A stretch of 64,000 nucleotides of DNA from Thermoanaerobaculia bacterium (GCA_963816185.1 CAWFJJ010000024.1:352001-416000); one strand, 5' to 3'. Shown: positions 29,474 to 39,404, numbered from the stretch's first letter. The notes: generated by a model from the letters alone, not told the origin. Numbers and translations are program-made.

Positions 29474-32247
29474 CGTAACCCCTCGGACAGGTAGAGCTCG
29501 GAGAGAAGCCGCTGCACCGTGTACGTGACCGTGCTCTCGTCCGCCGAGATCCAAACCGACGAAACCGCGGTCATCCCGGTCCGGTCGGCCGGAGCGATCT
29601 CGCGCCAGAGCGCGGCCCTGCCCGTGGCGACGTCGACGCGGTCGATGCGGACCGGAAGGGTGTCCCGGCGCCGCACGAGAAGGGAGCGGCCGTCGGCACT
29701 CCAGAGGAGGATGTCGTCTCCTCGGTCGACGCCGGGAAGGGGCCGCGCCTCGCCGCCGTCGATCGGGTAGAGCTTCATCAGCCCCTCGGGCTCGGCGGAC
29801 GGGACGAACCTGCCGTCCGGCGACGGAGGCAGGAGGTAGGCCGTTCCCTCCGGCGTGATCGGCCTCGCCGCCTGACCGGTGACGTCCTGGACGAAGAGCC
29901 GGACGCCTCCGCCCTTCTCGTTCCCCGAGATCACGACATGCTTGCCGTCCGGAAGGAGGCGCGCCCAGTGGTACTGCTCCATCGGTCCTCTGGGGACGAG
30001 CCGCGACTCTCCGGGACCGGTCGGAAGGAGCCGGATCTGAGGGCTCGAACCGAGAGTGATGACGACTGCCCATTTTCCGTCGGCAGACAGCGCCGTCCCG
30101 ACTCCGTCGCCAAGCCGGACGGCGGGAGAGCCGTCGGTCCCTCGGAGGTAAACGCTCGACGGGGCGCCGGCGCCTTCCCCTTCCTCGGTCAGAAGGAGTT
30201 TCGAACCGTCCGCCGAGAGGTCCCGGGCGGTCGACTGGTCGAGCCACGAGAGATCGCGTTCCTTGAGTCCCCCAGGTCCGCGGACGAAGACGCTCGTGAC
30301 CGAGCTTTCGCGCGTCACGAGGACGCGCCCCGCTCGGGAGATGTCGAGGAGCCGGAGGCGCCCGGGGGCTCGAGCGACGGTCCGCACCCGGCCCGTGAGG
30401 TCGACCGCGAGGAGCGACGTGTTCGCTCCTTTCTCGGAGGCCGAGAACCAGATCTCGCGCGCGTCCGGAGTCCAGGCGATCCCCTGCGTCGACTGGTAGA
30501 CGGGCGTCAGGCGCCGCGGCGCCTCCCCGGCGCGGACGACCGACACGGCGCCCCTGTCGTCGCCGTAGACCGGATGGTCGAGGAACGCGATCCGCGTGCC
30601 GTCCGGCGAAACCCGCGGGTGACTGATCCAGCCCGGCGTTTCGAAAAGGACGCGTCCCTCCGGACACTCGAGCCGCGTCCGTCCCTCGACCCACCGGACG
30701 ATGGCGAGGCTCCCGTCCGGCGCCCAGTCGGCGTCCTGCACGTTCTCGAGGAGCTCCCGAGGCGCGCCGCCCGCGAACGGGGCCTGGGCGAGCGTCCCGT
30801 CGGAGATCCACCCGAAGAAGAAGCGCCGATTCAACGAGAGCGCAAGTTCCCCCGACGCCGATACCGAAAGGAGGTCGGCGGGGGGAAGGTCGACCGCCGC
30901 CGACTCGGGGCTTCCGGCGCGCATGGAGAAGACGCGGAACGGCTCGCCGTCCCAGGCGGCGCCGTAGACGATCGACTCGCCGTCTTTCGCGAAGCGCGCG
31001 GTCAGGACCGTTCCTCGGCGGAAGGTGAGCTGGCGGTACCGGGCCGGCTCCGTTATCAGCACCGACAGCCGCCAGATGGCGTAGGCCGCCGCGGCCGCCG
31101 CGAGGACGCCCGCGACGGCAAGGAGGAGAGGTCGCCGCCGCGGCACCGCGGGCGCCGGGGGCATCGGAAGAGGAGCCGACGAGATCGACGAGAGCGCGTC
31201 GAGGTGGAAGGCGAGGTCGCGCGCGGACTGGAACCGCTGCTCCGGGTTCTTTTCGAGGCAGTGGTGGACGACGCGCTCGAGCGCCGGCGAGACGTTCTGA
31301 TTCGTTGCGGAGAGCTCCGGTGGGTCCTCCTTGAGTATCGCGGACATCGTTTCCGCCGCAGAGTCGCCGCGAAACGCGCGCCGACCCGAGAGCATTTCGT
31401 AGAGGATGGCGCCGAAGGAGAAGATGTCGGAGCGGTGATCGAGCGTTTTCCCGCGCACCTGCTCGGGCGACATGTATCCGACCGTTCCCATCAGCAAACC
31501 AGGCTCGGTGGCCTCATCGGCTGTCGGGGTGTCGGTTGCGATGACTTTCGCCAGGCCGAAGTCGAGGATCTTGACACCGCCGTCGTTGGTCAGAAAGACG
31601 TTGGCGGGCTTCAAGTCGCGGTGGACGATCCCCTTTTCATGGGCGGCGGAGAGCCCGTGGGCGATGGCTTGTGCAAACTCCACTGCCTTGCGCCGGGGGA
31701 GGGCTCCTTCCATCAGCCGCTCCTGGAGCGTCTGTCCCTGCAGGAGCTCGGTGACGGCGTAGAGAATGTCTCCCTCTTCTCCGAAATCGTGAATGGCCCG
31801 GATGTTCGGATGTGACAGCGCGGCGATGGCCTGCGCCTCCCGCTTGAAACGGGCGAGGGCCGGACGATTCCCTGCGAACGGACGTGGAAGAACCTTGACC
31901 GCCACTTCGCGGTTGAGCCGGGTGTCCTTCGCCCTGTAGACCTCTCCCATCCCGCCCGCGCCGAGGAGGGCGAGGATCTCGTAGGGACCGAGGCGCGTCC
32001 CTCTGGCGAGAGACGGGGAGGCGGGCCCCGGCGCGGCGGGTGACAGCTCGGGAACGGCGTCGATCGCCGGCGACTCCAGAAAACCCACGGAGGCCGTCTC
32101 CAGCGAGGACAGAAGCGACTCGACTTCCTTCCTGAGTTCCGGATCACCCCGACAGGCTTCGTCGAGGAACGCGCTTCTCGACGCCGCCTCGAGCTCCGTA
32201 GCCTCGGCGAGGACTTCCTGGACTTTTTGCCAGCGATCCGGAGTCAT
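29470..32247 (-). CDS. Hanks-type Ser/Thr kinase with TM and TolB/PD40-like beta-propeller; partner of the ECF sigma factor
   Basis: MTPDRWQKVQ...FLDEACRGDPELRKEVESLL N-terminal domain; GAGGMGEVY, HRDLKPAN, DFGLA; SPDG repeats; ATG overlaps sigma stop. Confidence 0.92.
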   Translation of the reverse strand: MTPDRWQKVQEVLAEATELEAASRSAFLDEACRGDPELRKEVESLLSSLETASVGFLESPAIDAVPELSPAAPGPASPSLARGTRLGPYEILALLGAGGMGEVYRAKDTRLNREVAVKVLPRPFAGNRPALARFKREAQAIAALSHPNIRAIHDFGEEGDILYAVTELLQGQTLQERLMEGALPRRKAVEFAQAIAHGLSAAHEKGIVHRDLKPANVFLTNDGGVKILDFGLAKVIATDTPTADEATEPGLLMGTVGYMSPEQVRGKTLDHRSDIFSFGAILYEMLSGRRAFRGDSAAETMSAILKEDPPELSATNQNVSPALERVVHHCLEKNPEQRFQSARDLAFHLDALSSISSAPLPMPPAPAVPRRRPLLLAVAGVLAAAAAAYAIWRLSVLITEPARYRQLTFRRGTVLTARFAKDGESIVYGAAWDGEPFRVFSMRAGSPESAAVDLPPADLLSVSASGELALSLNRRFFFGWISDGTLAQAPFAGGAPRELLENVQDADWAPDGSLAIVRWVEGRTRLECPEGRVLFETPGWISHPRVSPDGTRIAFLDHPVYGDDRGAVSVVRAGEAPRRLTPVYQSTQGIAWTPDAREIWFSASEKGANTSLLAVDLTGRVRTVARAPGRLRLLDISRAGRVLVTRESSVTSVFVRGPGGLKERDLSWLDQSTARDLSADGSKLLLTEEGEGAGAPSSVYLRGTDGSPAVRLGDGVGTALSADGKWAVVITLGSSPQIRLLPTGPGESRLVPRGPMEQYHWARLLPDGKHVVISGNEKGGGVRLFVQDVTGQAARPITPEGTAYLLPPSPDGRFVPSAEPEGLMKLYPIDGGEARPLPGVDRGDDILLWSADGRSLLVRRRDTLPVRIDRVDVATGRAALWREIAPADRTGMTAVSSVWISADESTVTYTVQRLLSELYLSEGLR

Positions 32248-32822
32248 CGGGAACGATCGGCGAGCTCGCGGTGGAGATAGGCCTTGGCCGAAAGCCACTT
32301 GCGATGAACGGTGGACGGTGAGATTTCGAGCGCGTCTGCGGTCTCACCCTCGGTCAGGCCTGCGAAGAAACGCAGCTCGACGACCCGGCCCTGTTCCGGG
32401 TCGAGCGCCGCCAGCTTCTCCAGCGCATCGTCCATGGCGATCAGGTCGACCGCGCGCGGCTCCACCATGACGGCCGTGTCCAGCAAGGTCCGGGCCCCCC
32501 GGCCGCCGCGCTTTTTCGCGTCCCTCGAGCGGGCATGGTCGACCAGGATGCGCCTCATCGACCGGGCGGCCGCCGCGAAGAAGTGAGCCCGGTTCTGCCA
32601 GTCCCCTCCCTCGCTGCCGACGAGCCTCAGGTACGCCTCGTTGACGATCGCGGTCGGCTGGAGCGTATGGCCGGGCCGCTCTCGCCTGAGATGGCGCTCG
32701 GCCATCCGATGCAGGTCGCCGTAGACGAGGGGAATCAGGCTCTCCAGCGCTTCTCGGTCCCCCTGCTTCCAGGCCAGGAGAAGGCGGGTCACTTCTCCGG
32801 CTGGGGAAGGTGTTGTCGCCAT
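32244..32822 (-). CDS. ECF RNA polymerase sigma factor, TIGR02999 (kinase-associated) type
   Basis: VTRLLLAW..GDREAL, HTLQPTAIVNEAYLRL, WQNRAHFF, MRRILVDHAR, VVELRFFAGLT. Confidence 0.93.
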   Translation of the reverse strand: MATTPSPAGEVTRLLLAWKQGDREALESLIPLVYGDLHRMAERHLRRERPGHTLQPTAIVNEAYLRLVGSEGGDWQNRAHFFAAAARSMRRILVDHARSRDAKKRGGRGARTLLDTAVMVEPRAVDLIAMDDALEKLAALDPEQGRVVELRFFAGLTEGETADALEISPSTVHRKWLSAKAYLHRELADRSR

Positions 32823-32852
32823 GCCGGCCCGATTCTCCTCCCGGCTGCAGGC

Positions 32853-32884
32853 TGACGGCTTTTCTTGCCCGTTTCCGCCTTTAT
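32853..32884 (+). promoter_or_regulatory. Putative ECF-dependent promoter, copy 1
   Basis: TGACGGCTTTTCTTGCCCGTTTCCGCCTTTAT lies in the divergent gap next to the sigma gene and recurs nearly exactly at 38101. Confidence 0.55.
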
Positions 32885-32911
32885 GAACCGGGCGAGAGGA
32901 GGAGACAGAGT

Positions 32912-34447
32912 ATGCGTCGCAACATCGTTCGATTCGCAGCCCTCCTGGTCGGCGCCCTGAGTGTCCTCGGCGCTCTTCCCGCACGGGGCTCGGACAAGCC
33001 GCTCCAGTACCACGGAGGGCCATTCCTTGAGTCGTTCGAGATCTGTCCGCTGTACTACGGCAACTGGAGTGAGGCGGAGATTCTCGCGCAGCAGACCTAC
33101 GTCACCGCTCTCGCGGCCTACATGTCCGGCGACAGCGCGCCGGCATCCCAGCAGCCGATGATGAAGCAGTACGGCGTGAGCGAGGTGAAGGTGGCACCGC
33201 CTGAGACCGCGGGCTCCGACGCGACGCCCGGCGGCCTGACGCGCAAGGACCTCGTCGACATCATCCGGACCAACCAGTCCGCCAACAACCTCAAGGGCTT
33301 CGATCCCAACAGGCTGATCGTCGTGTTCCCCGCGCACGGCTTCTGGACCCTTCTCCCGGATTCCACGGGAAAGGAGGTGCCGGCGGCGGCGTACCACTCG
33401 TCGGAGTCGACCTCGGCGTTCTGGGCGGTCGTCCCGAAGGACCTGAGCACGGATTTCGCCGTGATCGCCCACGAAGTGTTCGAGGCCGCGGCCGACCCTG
33501 CGGACGACACGTCCAACGGATGGGACGAGCCGATCGATCCTTGCGAGGACAACCTCATCAAGTTCTCCTTCGGGAAGATCCCGAGCGCGGCCGACGACAC
33601 GGACGGCGGCGCCTGCTCGACGTCCGGCTACACGAGCCAGGACGAGATCCGGCTTCACGACGTGACGTTCGCCGACTACAAGAAGAAATACGGCGAGATC
33701 TCCCCGGACGGCTGGCGTGTGTACATCCTCCAGCCATACGTTCTGGCGGACGGCGACGTCCGTTACAACGCGGTGTGGCGGCGGGCGGGCGACACGGGCG
33801 AGAAGAGACGCCACGGTCTCACCCGCGCGCAGCTCCAGAGCGACGACGACACGCTCTCCAAGAGCGGCTGGCGTCTGTACATCCTGCAGCCGACCGTCGG
33901 GTTCGGGGGTAACGTCCGTTACGACGCCGTCTGGAGGCACTGGAATCTCGACGACGAGAAGCGGCTCTTCGGAGTGACCTACGAGCGCTTCCGGAGCGAG
34001 TACGACGCGATCTTCTCGGCGCCGTCTTCCGAGAAAAAGCCGGGTTGGCGGCTGTCCATCCTCCAGACGTACGTTCTCCCCGGGGGCGACGTGCGGTACG
34101 ACGCCGTCTGGCGTCCGGGGACCGTCGCCGAGACCCAGGTTTACGGGTGGACGTACGCGGACTTCAGAGCCAAGTACGACACGCTGTTCCCGGACGGCTG
34201 GCGCCTCTACATTCTCGATTCGTACGTGATCGCGGACGGAACGGTGCGTTACAACGCGGTCTGGCGGTGGGGGACGCACGCCGAGACCCAGGTCTACGGA
34301 TGGACGTTCTCCGATTTCAAGACCAAGGACGAGGCGCTCATCGCGGACGGCTGGCGCCTCTACATCCTCAATGCGTATGTCCTGCCGGGTGGAGAGGTGC
34401 GGTACGACGCCGTCTGGCGGAAAGGCACGATCAACCGGCCTTTGTAG
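32912..34447 (+). CDS. Secreted protein with N-terminal HE-motif domain and five bacterial tandem repeats (BTRD1-like)
   Basis: GGAGG RBS; signal peptide; YHGGP, AYHS, AHEVFEAAADP; five ~50-aa repeats (D/S/P)GWR(L/V)xILx.Y...VRYxAVWR. Confidence 0.8.
   Translation: MRRNIVRFAALLVGALSVLGALPARGSDKPLQYHGGPFLESFEICPLYYGNWSEAEILAQQTYVTALAAYMSGDSAPASQQPMMKQYGVSEVKVAPPETAGSDATPGGLTRKDLVDIIRTNQSANNLKGFDPNRLIVVFPAHGFWTLLPDSTGKEVPAAAYHSSESTSAFWAVVPKDLSTDFAVIAHEVFEAAADPADDTSNGWDEPIDPCEDNLIKFSFGKIPSAADDTDGGACSTSGYTSQDEIRLHDVTFADYKKKYGEISPDGWRVYILQPYVLADGDVRYNAVWRRAGDTGEKRRHGLTRAQLQSDDDTLSKSGWRLYILQPTVGFGGNVRYDAVWRHWNLDDEKRLFGVTYERFRSEYDAIFSAPSSEKKPGWRLSILQTYVLPGGDVRYDAVWRPGTVAETQVYGWTYADFRAKYDTLFPDGWRLYILDSYVIADGTVRYNAVWRWGTHAETQVYGWTFSDFKTKDEALIADGWRLYILNAYVLPGGEVRYDAVWRKGTINRPL
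33650..34425 (+). repeat. Five intragenic ~150-bp tandem repeats
   Basis: Recurring ggctggcg..tgtacatcct...gtgcggtacgacgccgtctgg. Confidence 0.75.
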
Positions 34448-34481
34448 CCGGTTAAGGACCGGACGAGAGGAGGGACAGAGT

Positions 34482-36746
34482 ATGCGTCGCAACATCCTTC
34501 GATTCGGTGGGTGGACGGCGCTCGGGATCCTGGCCTTCGGAGGTGTGTCTTGGCCCTCAACCGCCAGGGCGGAGGACAAGTGGATTCAGATCGGCAACGG
34601 GATCTTCAGCGCGGGCGACGAGAAACCTAACGGCCCGCATCACGCGTCCGGAAGACTCGCCCAGGTCTCGTGGGCGTGGGACAACGAGCAGGGCAAGAAC
34701 GTGCTCTGGGCCGGCGCATCGCACGGCGGGCTGTGGAAAACGATCATCGATGGCTCGGGCACCCTCACGAGCTGGGTCACGATCACCGACAATTTTCCCG
34801 GCTCACACCTGCTCGGCTCGTTTGCGATAAGAAAGGGCGATTCGAACTACATCGTCATCGGCACCGGGGCCCCGGGCTGGGGTAATGGAAACGGCATCTA
34901 TTACACAGTCAAGGCCGGCCAAGACGGCTGGCCTCTCGCGACTCTCTGTTCATCGACCTGGTCATGCGGGCCCGCCAAGCCGCAGCGTGTGAGCCGCCTC
35001 GTGGCGGACCGAGCGGACTCCACCGGCGCGACGCTGGTTGCCGCAACGTCAGACGGAATATGGCAGTCATACGACTTCGGCCAGACCTGGTTTTCACGGC
35101 TCGCCGGTGTGGACGCGACGGACGTAGTGCAGGATACGGGCGATCCAAGCCGCTGGTATGCCGGCGTCGTAAATGAAGGCATTTACTGCTCACCCCCCAC
35201 GAGCTACGCGACCTCGTGGGCGGCCTGTGGCAAAGGGATCAACGGGTCGATCAAGCGGATATCGCTCGCCGCATGCGATTTCGATGAACAATACCTGTAC
35301 GCGCTCGTCGTCGACACCAATGGCAAGCTGAATGGGGTCTATCGCTCGGCCAACCGCGGGGTTAAGTGGGTGAAGATCTATTCCGCTAATAAGATCCTCA
35401 ATGCCGATCACCAGGGTGGGCACGCATCCGCCATCGTCTGCGATCCCAAGGATCCGGCGCACGTGTTCTTCGGCATCACCAAGGCTGTGGAAATAACAAA
35501 TGCGACGGCCGTAAAGGAACCAAAGGACATAAACGGGACAGCGCCGTTCGATGGGGGCCATAGCGACTTCAACTTCATGCTCTTTCACGAAGACGGCAAG
35601 CACCTGCACATCGCGAACGACGGCGGCTACTACTTCTACGACATCGCCAGCGGCACACCCAATGCCGTCGGCAACCTTCTGGGAATCAATGCCCTGGAGC
35701 TGGGAGAAGCCAAGACAACCGCTTCGTATTCCACACTTCAGGGGGGCCTGGCATCGTCATGGTCGAGCCCGGATGTGTTCGTTGCAGGTCTTCAGGACAA
35801 CGGCGTGGTGCGCGGGGATATTTCGAAGGATCCCGCGATCACTCGCGTATCCGGAGGCGATGGCAGGCATGTCAGCATCAGCCCGGACGACGCCGAAGTC
35901 ATGGGCTTCGCCGGCAACGGCTCCAACATTCGTTACCTTTTTGACAAGGGAACATTTGAACCGATAGATTTCAAACTCAGCCCTGAGAAATCGGCTCCGG
36001 TCCTGATCGAGCCGGCGCCCGGACTTACGTTTCCGGTCGTCTACACAGCGGATCAAGACCACAGCCTACCTGCCCTCGCCTTCTATACCAACAACGTCTG
36101 GTACAGCGACGTACTTCAGGGGGTTAAGGCCTGGTTCCTCGTCAGTAACGATCCGATTACGGGTCCCGGCGTCATCAGCCACGTTGACGCGACGGTCAAC
36201 CTCAAGAGCTATCAAATCGTGGCGACAGTGGCCGGCGATACCCGGGTGTTCGCCTACATCGGAGATCTTCGCATCTTAGGGCTCGGACAACTTCCGCTGT
36301 CCGACATCACCCCGCCTTTGCCGTCGAGTCCGACGTATACCAAGCCGGATGCCCGCATCAATGTGGACCGGTCGACGTTTCAACCGAATACGCTCTATTA
36401 CACCAGCGGCATGGGAACGCCCCGGCTGGCCTACGTCAGCCGAAAAGGCGGAAAAGATTTCGGAAAGGATTGGAAAGACGTGACGGGCGATATCGTCTCT
36501 AAATCTGACAATGCCGATCTCCTGAAGCTCGTCGGGAATCCCGGCAACGAGAAACAGTACTTTCTGGCGACGAGCAAGGGTGTATTTCGCAGCGATGATG
36601 GCGGAGCGCACTGGAACGACTATTCGGACGGCCTGCGCTTTCACGAGCAGGTCGACGACATCGTGATCAATTTCGACACCGTGACGAAGCCGACGCTCTA
36701 CATCGCAACGCGCGGCCGCGGCTTCTGGCGGCGGACGATAGAGTGA
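34482..36746 (+). CDS. Secreted BNR/Asp-box beta-propeller protein (Vps10/xyloglucanase-like fold)
   Basis: Signal peptide; SGR, GGLWKT, SYDFGQTW, RSANRGVKW, ANDGG, GLQDNG, GGDG, RSDDGGAHW, ATRGRGFW; visibly lower GC. Confidence 0.8.
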   Translation: MRRNILRFGGWTALGILAFGGVSWPSTARAEDKWIQIGNGIFSAGDEKPNGPHHASGRLAQVSWAWDNEQGKNVLWAGASHGGLWKTIIDGSGTLTSWVTITDNFPGSHLLGSFAIRKGDSNYIVIGTGAPGWGNGNGIYYTVKAGQDGWPLATLCSSTWSCGPAKPQRVSRLVADRADSTGATLVAATSDGIWQSYDFGQTWFSRLAGVDATDVVQDTGDPSRWYAGVVNEGIYCSPPTSYATSWAACGKGINGSIKRISLAACDFDEQYLYALVVDTNGKLNGVYRSANRGVKWVKIYSANKILNADHQGGHASAIVCDPKDPAHVFFGITKAVEITNATAVKEPKDINGTAPFDGGHSDFNFMLFHEDGKHLHIANDGGYYFYDIASGTPNAVGNLLGINALELGEAKTTASYSTLQGGLASSWSSPDVFVAGLQDNGVVRGDISKDPAITRVSGGDGRHVSISPDDAEVMGFAGNGSNIRYLFDKGTFEPIDFKLSPEKSAPVLIEPAPGLTFPVVYTADQDHSLPALAFYTNNVWYSDVLQGVKAWFLVSNDPITGPGVISHVDATVNLKSYQIVATVAGDTRVFAYIGDLRILGLGQLPLSDITPPLPSSPTYTKPDARINVDRSTFQPNTLYYTSGMGTPRLAYVSRKGGKDFGKDWKDVTGDIVSKSDNADLLKLVGNPGNEKQYFLATSKGVFRSDDGGAHWNDYSDGLRFHEQVDDIVINFDTVTKPTLYIATRGRGFWRRTIE

Positions 36747-36760
36747 AAAGGAGAATCGCC

Positions 36761-38017
36761 ATGACCCTGAAGTTGTTCGGAACGGATCGGCAATTCGTTC
36801 GCGTCGTCCTCGCATGCGTCGCTCTCGTACTGGCCCCGGCTGCGCGCTCCGATGGGCCGGCCGTGATCAACTGCCCCTGGTACCCGCCGAACGGTGGCGA
36901 CGAGTTCGCGTTGCGCGGCTTCTACAGCGTCGGTTATGCCGGGACTTCGCTGAAGCAGGTGGTGCTGCCCCTCTCGTTCCCGGGACCCGGCACGTACCAG
37001 GTCTCCCTAACCGCCTCTAGCGGCACCTTCGACGGGACGGTGCTCGGAACGGCGACGACCACGTTCACCGCAGCGAGCACGGATTTCCAAAGCGTCATAT
37101 TCGACTTCGGGACGGTCCCGGTCACTCAGGGCACTGCCGTCGCGTTCCAGGGCGCAGTCGTCTCGCGGCCGGCTGGCGTCGCCGGAGCCGTCCGAATGCA
37201 GACTGCCACTGACCCGCTGTGCCGGCTCACCGAGACGACGGGGTTCGACGCGCCCCTCAGCTCCTTCAAGCGCGAGGGCATCGCCGCCTTGATCTACGGC
37301 GACGTGGCGACCACGTTCGGGCACAACGTCACGGTCGCGGCCGCGGCGTCGATCCACGGCGCAAACGGCACGTTCTTCCATACGGACGTCTGGATCAACA
37401 ACCCGCTCAATGAGGCGCTCAGCGTCACGGCGAACTACCACTGCTACGCAGGGCAGAACTGTGGCAGCGGGTCGGCGACCTTCAACATCGACGCCGGCAA
37501 GGCGATGACGCTCCCCGACATCGTTTCGAATCTCTTTGGGGCTCCGGAGACCGCCGGCGCGATCTCGTTCGTGTACTCATCCGACTCCTACGTCAGCACG
37601 CTCCGCGTCGTGACGCGGACGTACACGCCGTCGTTGCCGAATCCGACATCGGGCGCGGTTCTCGAGGGCCGACCCGCCATCGACGCCGTGGGTGCCGTGA
37701 CGTTCGTCGGCCTCGGCAACAACGGAGGAAATAGAAGCGCCGGGTTCCGAACGAATGCCGGACTCTACAATCCGTCCACGTTCCCGACGACTGTCACGTT
37801 CACTCTGACCGCGAAGGACGGCACGCCGATCGGCCAGCCGGTGACGCAGACCTGGGGACCGAAGGAGGCGCGGCAGATCAATGACATCTTCGCCGCGGCC
37901 GGAGCGGGAGGTACGGTGACGACCGACGCCGTCCTCCACGTCACCTCGACGCTTCCCGCTTTCCCCTACGTCACCGTGATCGACAACCAGACGGGCGATT
38001 CGATCATCGAGCAATGA
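36761..38017 (+). CDS. Secreted protein with C-terminal beta-sandwich domains
   Basis: AAGGAG RBS; signal peptide; AASIHGANGTFFHTDVWINNP, GFRTNAGLYNP, YVTVIDNQTGD. Confidence 0.75.
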   Translation: MTLKLFGTDRQFVRVVLACVALVLAPAARSDGPAVINCPWYPPNGGDEFALRGFYSVGYAGTSLKQVVLPLSFPGPGTYQVSLTASSGTFDGTVLGTATTTFTAASTDFQSVIFDFGTVPVTQGTAVAFQGAVVSRPAGVAGAVRMQTATDPLCRLTETTGFDAPLSSFKREGIAALIYGDVATTFGHNVTVAAAASIHGANGTFFHTDVWINNPLNEALSVTANYHCYAGQNCGSGSATFNIDAGKAMTLPDIVSNLFGAPETAGAISFVYSSDSYVSTLRVVTRTYTPSLPNPTSGAVLEGRPAIDAVGAVTFVGLGNNGGNRSAGFRTNAGLYNPSTFPTTVTFTLTAKDGTPIGQPVTQTWGPKEARQINDIFAAAGAGGTVTTDAVLHVTSTLPAFPYVTVIDNQTGDSIIEQ

Positions 38018-38214
38018 CGTGGGCCGGCCTGGTTCGGTGGAAGCCCGCAGCGAACCCGTCCTGACACGGTTCGTCGTCGCCTCCGCCCGCGCCGGAAGGC
38101 TGACAGCTTTTCTTTCCCGTTTCCGCCTTTATGAACCGGGGCGAAGGGAGGAGACAAAGTATGCGTCGCAGGAGGGTTCGATTCGGCGGATGGTTGGCGC
38201 TCGGGATCCTGGCC
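37856..38214 (+). repeat. Direct repeat copy A: 3' end of gene 36761, intergenic region, promoter and signal-leader
   Basis: Aligns by eye with 39049-39390 (cagatcaa.gacatcttcgcc, ttcccctacgtcaccgtgatcgac, aagcccgcagcgaacc, tatg.gtcgca). Confidence 0.85.
38101..38132 (+). promoter_or_regulatory. Putative ECF-dependent promoter, copy 2
   Basis: TGACAGCTTTTCTTTCCCGTTTCCGCCTTTAT; 2 mismatches to the copy at 32853. Confidence 0.55.
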
Positions 38215-38238
38215 CGGGCAAGGAGCGAGGAATCATGA
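38161..38238 (+). pseudogene. Orphan signal-peptide leader MRRRRVRFGGWLALGILARARSEES*
   Basis: Homologous to the N-terminus of gene 34482 (MRRNILRFGGWTALGILA); its TGA overlaps ATG 38235. Confidence 0.65.
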
Positions 38239-39056
38239 AGACGCCCGCGCGCGCGACCTTCCTCGCCCTTCTCGCTCTTCTCGCCTCCGCCGCGTCGGCG
38301 CAGCCCGTCATCTCCGTCAACGGCACACCGCCGTTCGACGCCGGCCCGGTGGCGCTCGGAACGTTCGGGAACGGGATCAACGTGACCGTGAACAACATCG
38401 GCACCTCCGACCTCGTGATCACGAACGTGCAGATAAGCGGCGCCCCGTTCACGTTCAGGACGACCTCGGGCTCGTGCGACCGCGGGCTCCCCGGGTCCCT
38501 GACGGTGGCCGCCAACTCCTCCTGCCAGATGAGCGTCACGTTCACACCGACTGTGGTCGGGGTGGCCAACGGCACGTACACGCTCACGGACAACGCGTCC
38601 GGGAGCCCGCAGACCTTCGCCCTGACCGGCACCGGCATGATCCCGTCGGCGTACGTCCCCTCGACGACGCTCCTCGTGTTCGGGGCCCAGCCGCTCGGCA
38701 CGACGAGCGCGCCCCAGACGGTCACGCTCTCGAACCCGGGGACGTTCTTCTCGATTGGCACGGGGGGCGGCCAGATCACGGGCGACTTCGCGGCGACGAA
38801 CGACTGCGGCGGTACCCTCGCGCCTCTCTCGTCCTGCCACTTCTTCGTGACGTTCACGCCCACAGCGCCCGGCCCTCGGACGGGCACGCTGAACTTCTGC
38901 GCCGACTGCAACTTCGCCACGACGGACGTGAGCCTTCAGGGAGGCGGGGGAGGCGGGGGAATCGCCGACGTGCCGGCCTTGTCCAAGTGGGCGCTCGCGG
39001 CTCTCGCCGCGCTCCTGACGGCGGGCGGCCTCTTCGCGCTCGCGCGGCGGACCTAA
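38235..39056 (+). CDS. Surface protein with two choice-of-anchor D/ASH domains and IPTL-CTERM-like sorting signal
   Basis: AGGAG RBS; signal peptide; SC.MSVTFTPT..G...GT, SCHFFVTFTPTAPGPRTGTL; C-terminal VPALSKWALAALAALL...ARRT. Confidence 0.82.
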   Translation: MKTPARATFLALLALLASAASAQPVISVNGTPPFDAGPVALGTFGNGINVTVNNIGTSDLVITNVQISGAPFTFRTTSGSCDRGLPGSLTVAANSSCQMSVTFTPTVVGVANGTYTLTDNASGSPQTFALTGTGMIPSAYVPSTTLLVFGAQPLGTTSAPQTVTLSNPGTFFSIGTGGGQITGDFAATNDCGGTLAPLSSCHFFVTFTPTAPGPRTGTLNFCADCNFATTDVSLQGGGGGGGIADVPALSKWALAALAALLTAGGLFALARRT

Positions 39057-39390
39057 GGAGCCGCGACAGATCAACGACATCTTCGCCACAGCCGGGGCGG
39101 GAAGCACGGTGACAAACGACGCCGTCCTTCCACGTCACGTCGACGCTCCCCGCGTTCCCCTACGTCACCGTGATCGACGACCAGACGGGCGACTCGATCA
39201 TCGAGCAGTGACGTCCGTCCGGCTCTTTCTCAGCACAAGCCCGCAGCGAACCGACTGGCACAACGAAAGGACGAGCCACACATGGTCACGGCAGCGTTTC
39301 CACGATCCAACAACCGACACCGTATGTGTCGCAAAGTCGTTCGCTCCAGCGGATGGATGGCGCCAGGAATATTGGCCTTCAGCGGAGTGC
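39049..39390 (+). repeat. Direct repeat copy B (degenerate; includes a frameshifted 3' remnant of the 36761-type gene)
   Basis: Encodes RQINDIFATAGAGSTVTNDAV / STLPAFPYVTVIDDQTGDSIIEQ*, matching the C-terminus of 36761..38017. Confidence 0.85.
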
Positions 39391-39404
39391 CGGATGTCCG
39401 TTAA
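39324..39404 (+). pseudogene. Degenerate orphan leader MCRKVVRSSGWMAPGILAFSGVPDVR*
   Basis: Fourth copy of the MRRNILRFGGWTALGILAFGGV leader. Confidence 0.6.

Noticed and set aside
39109-39393. N-terminal 95 codons of ORF 39109..39864
   Set aside because: They overlap the duplicated gene remnant and orphan leader in other frames; not credible coding sequence.
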